A program made the position numbers and the translations under genes. Positions 41,696 through 42,866 of a stretch of DNA of 42,866 nucleotides are shown here, in pieces; position 1 is the first letter of the stretch, and each line of letters opens with the position of its first letter. Below the pieces are notes generated by a model that saw only the letters and a program-made list of their open reading frames with translations, was not told where the DNA came from and made no database searches. The stretch spans positions 64,001 to 106,866 of IMG/VR virus record IMGVR_UViG_3300046492_000163. One strand, written 5' to 3'. Origin of the DNA: a virus. Taxonomy: Duplodnaviria > Heunggongvirae > Uroviricota > Caudoviricetes.

Positions 41696-42866
41696 ATGTC
41701 GTATATTGCCGATTTAAAAATCAAGGTTGACTCTGCGGAAGTTGAGACAGCCACAGATAAACTACGGGAGTTTGTCCGCGTCTCAGAAGAGGCCGGTAAA
41801 CTTCCACCACCCGTGTCACCTAAGCCTCCACCTCCACCTAAGTTGCCACCTCCACCACCGCCACCTAAGCCGCCGAAAGAGACAGACCCGGCTAAGAGCG
41901 CTGCCCAAGAGCAAGCCAGATCAGACAAGGTGGCTTACCAGGCGTGGCTACAACAGGCTGATTTGCGAGCTAAGCGTGAGCAACAGGATGCTGCTAATCG
42001 TCTAGCGATAATTGCCAACGAATCTAAAGTGCGGACAACAGCGCTTCAGGGAATTGAGAATGATGCAAAGGCGGCTGCCAAGGCAGAAAAAGACTCTCTA
42101 ACGCTTGCACATACCGAAGCGCTACGTCTTGATAAAGAACGAACAACAGCTCTCAAAGATGCTGCGACGAAGAAAGCCAAAGAAGAGAAAGACGCACTAA
42201 CTTCTCTACATAGCGAAGCTCTACGCCTAGATCAAGAAAGAACAGCCGGTCTACAGAAAGTCTCCGATGCCGCGAAGAAGACTGCCAAAGAAGAGAAAGA
42301 TGCACTAAATGCTGCACACGCGGAAGCTCTACGTCTCGACAAAGACAGAACGAAGTCAATTGCAGATGCTGCGAAGAAGAAGGCTGACCTCGAAAAAGCG
42401 CAACTAAACGGTATACACGCTGAAGCGCTAAAAATTGATAAAGACAGAACAAAGTCTATTGCGGATAACGCGAAGAAAAGCGCGAACACCGAAAAGGCCC
42501 AACTGAACTCTATCCATGCTGAAGCACTGCGGATTGATAAAGCTAGAACACAGTCCATTGCGGATAGTGTGAAGAAAAGAGCCGATGTCGAAAAAGCTCA
42601 ACTGAATGCGCTACATTCTGAAGCTCTACGTCTTGACAAAGAACGAACTGCCAGTATACTTCGGGAAGCTAAAGCGCAAAAGAGCGGAGTCGCCAGTCTT
42701 TCTGGTGAATTCGACCCATCTAGTAGTGAACTAAAACGCCTCGATAACAAGCAAGCCTTCCTCAAGCAGAATCAGAATTCCTTCACTGCCGCCGAATACG
42801 ACCGCATCAATAAGAGCATTGATGCTGCCCGTGAGAAAGTTAATCGGTATGGTGGTGTTCTAGGTC
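41696..42866 (+). CDS. Tape measure protein (5' part, runs off the window)
   Basis: GGAG SD, ATG 41696 MSYIADLKIKVDSAEV...; open to the end; Ala/Lys/Glu-rich helical repeats. Confidence 0.9.
   Translation, partial: MSYIADLKIKVDSAEVETATDKLREFVRVSEEAGKLPPPVSPKPPPPPKLPPPPPPPKPPKETDPAKSAAQEQARSDKVAYQAWLQQADLRAKREQQDAANRLAIIANESKVRTTALQGIENDAKAAAKAEKDSLTLAHTEALRLDKERTTALKDAATKKAKEEKDALTSLHSEALRLDQERTAGLQKVSDAAKKTAKEEKDALNAAHAEALRLDKDRTKSIADAAKKKADLEKAQLNGIHAEALKIDKDRTKSIADNAKKSANTEKAQLNSIHAEALRIDKARTQSIADSVKKRADVEKAQLNALHSEALRLDKERTASILREAKAQKSGVASLSGEFDPSSSELKRLDNKQAFLKQNQNSFTAAEYDRINKSIDAAREKVNRYGGVLG

Noticed and set aside
28042-42558. Minus-strand ORFs across the structural arm (e.g. 33720-34211, 37022-37597, 42232-42558)
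   Set aside because: Antisense shadows of terminase, portal, capsid and tape measure genes.

Overview
A 42.9-kb segment of a tailed dsDNA phage genome, most likely a lytic Pseudomonas siphovirus. The host is inferred from a full-length MvaT homologue and the morphology from lambdoid/HK97-type non-contractile tail genes. Layout: (1) ~1-20.1 kb, minus strand: replication and metabolism (SSB-like protein, family A DNA polymerase, primase-helicase, Prs-like + Nampt-like NAD module, macrodomain, phosphoesterase, PAPS-reductase-like and methyltransferase-like genes, SleB hydrolase, dCMP deaminase, antirepressor, ClpP-like, PhoH, HNH). (2) ~20.1-21.8 kb: transcriptional divergence point with sigma70-type promoters and an AT-rich iteron-like tract. 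(3) ~21.8-28 kb: RNA-rich island with 17 tRNA genes, a Ro60/TROVE-like (DUF2828-type) vWA protein, a small 2OG-Fe(II) oxygenase and an antisense mvaT. (4) ~28-42.9 kb, plus strand: fibre/SGNH module, terminase, portal, protease, capsid, tail genes and the start of the tape measure gene. The most notable observation is a family of five non-coding elements in the RNA island. They share a fully covarying 7-bp closing stem (AG-N5/N5'-CT-G) and an invariant CAGCAA motif, and each carries a different tRNA-mimic payload. One is a circularly permuted tRNA with YrlA-like topology. Two of them directly flank the Ro60-like gene, which suggests a phage Ro60/Y-RNA-like tRNA-mimic system. All family assignments come from motif recognition by eye; no database searches or folding programs were run.
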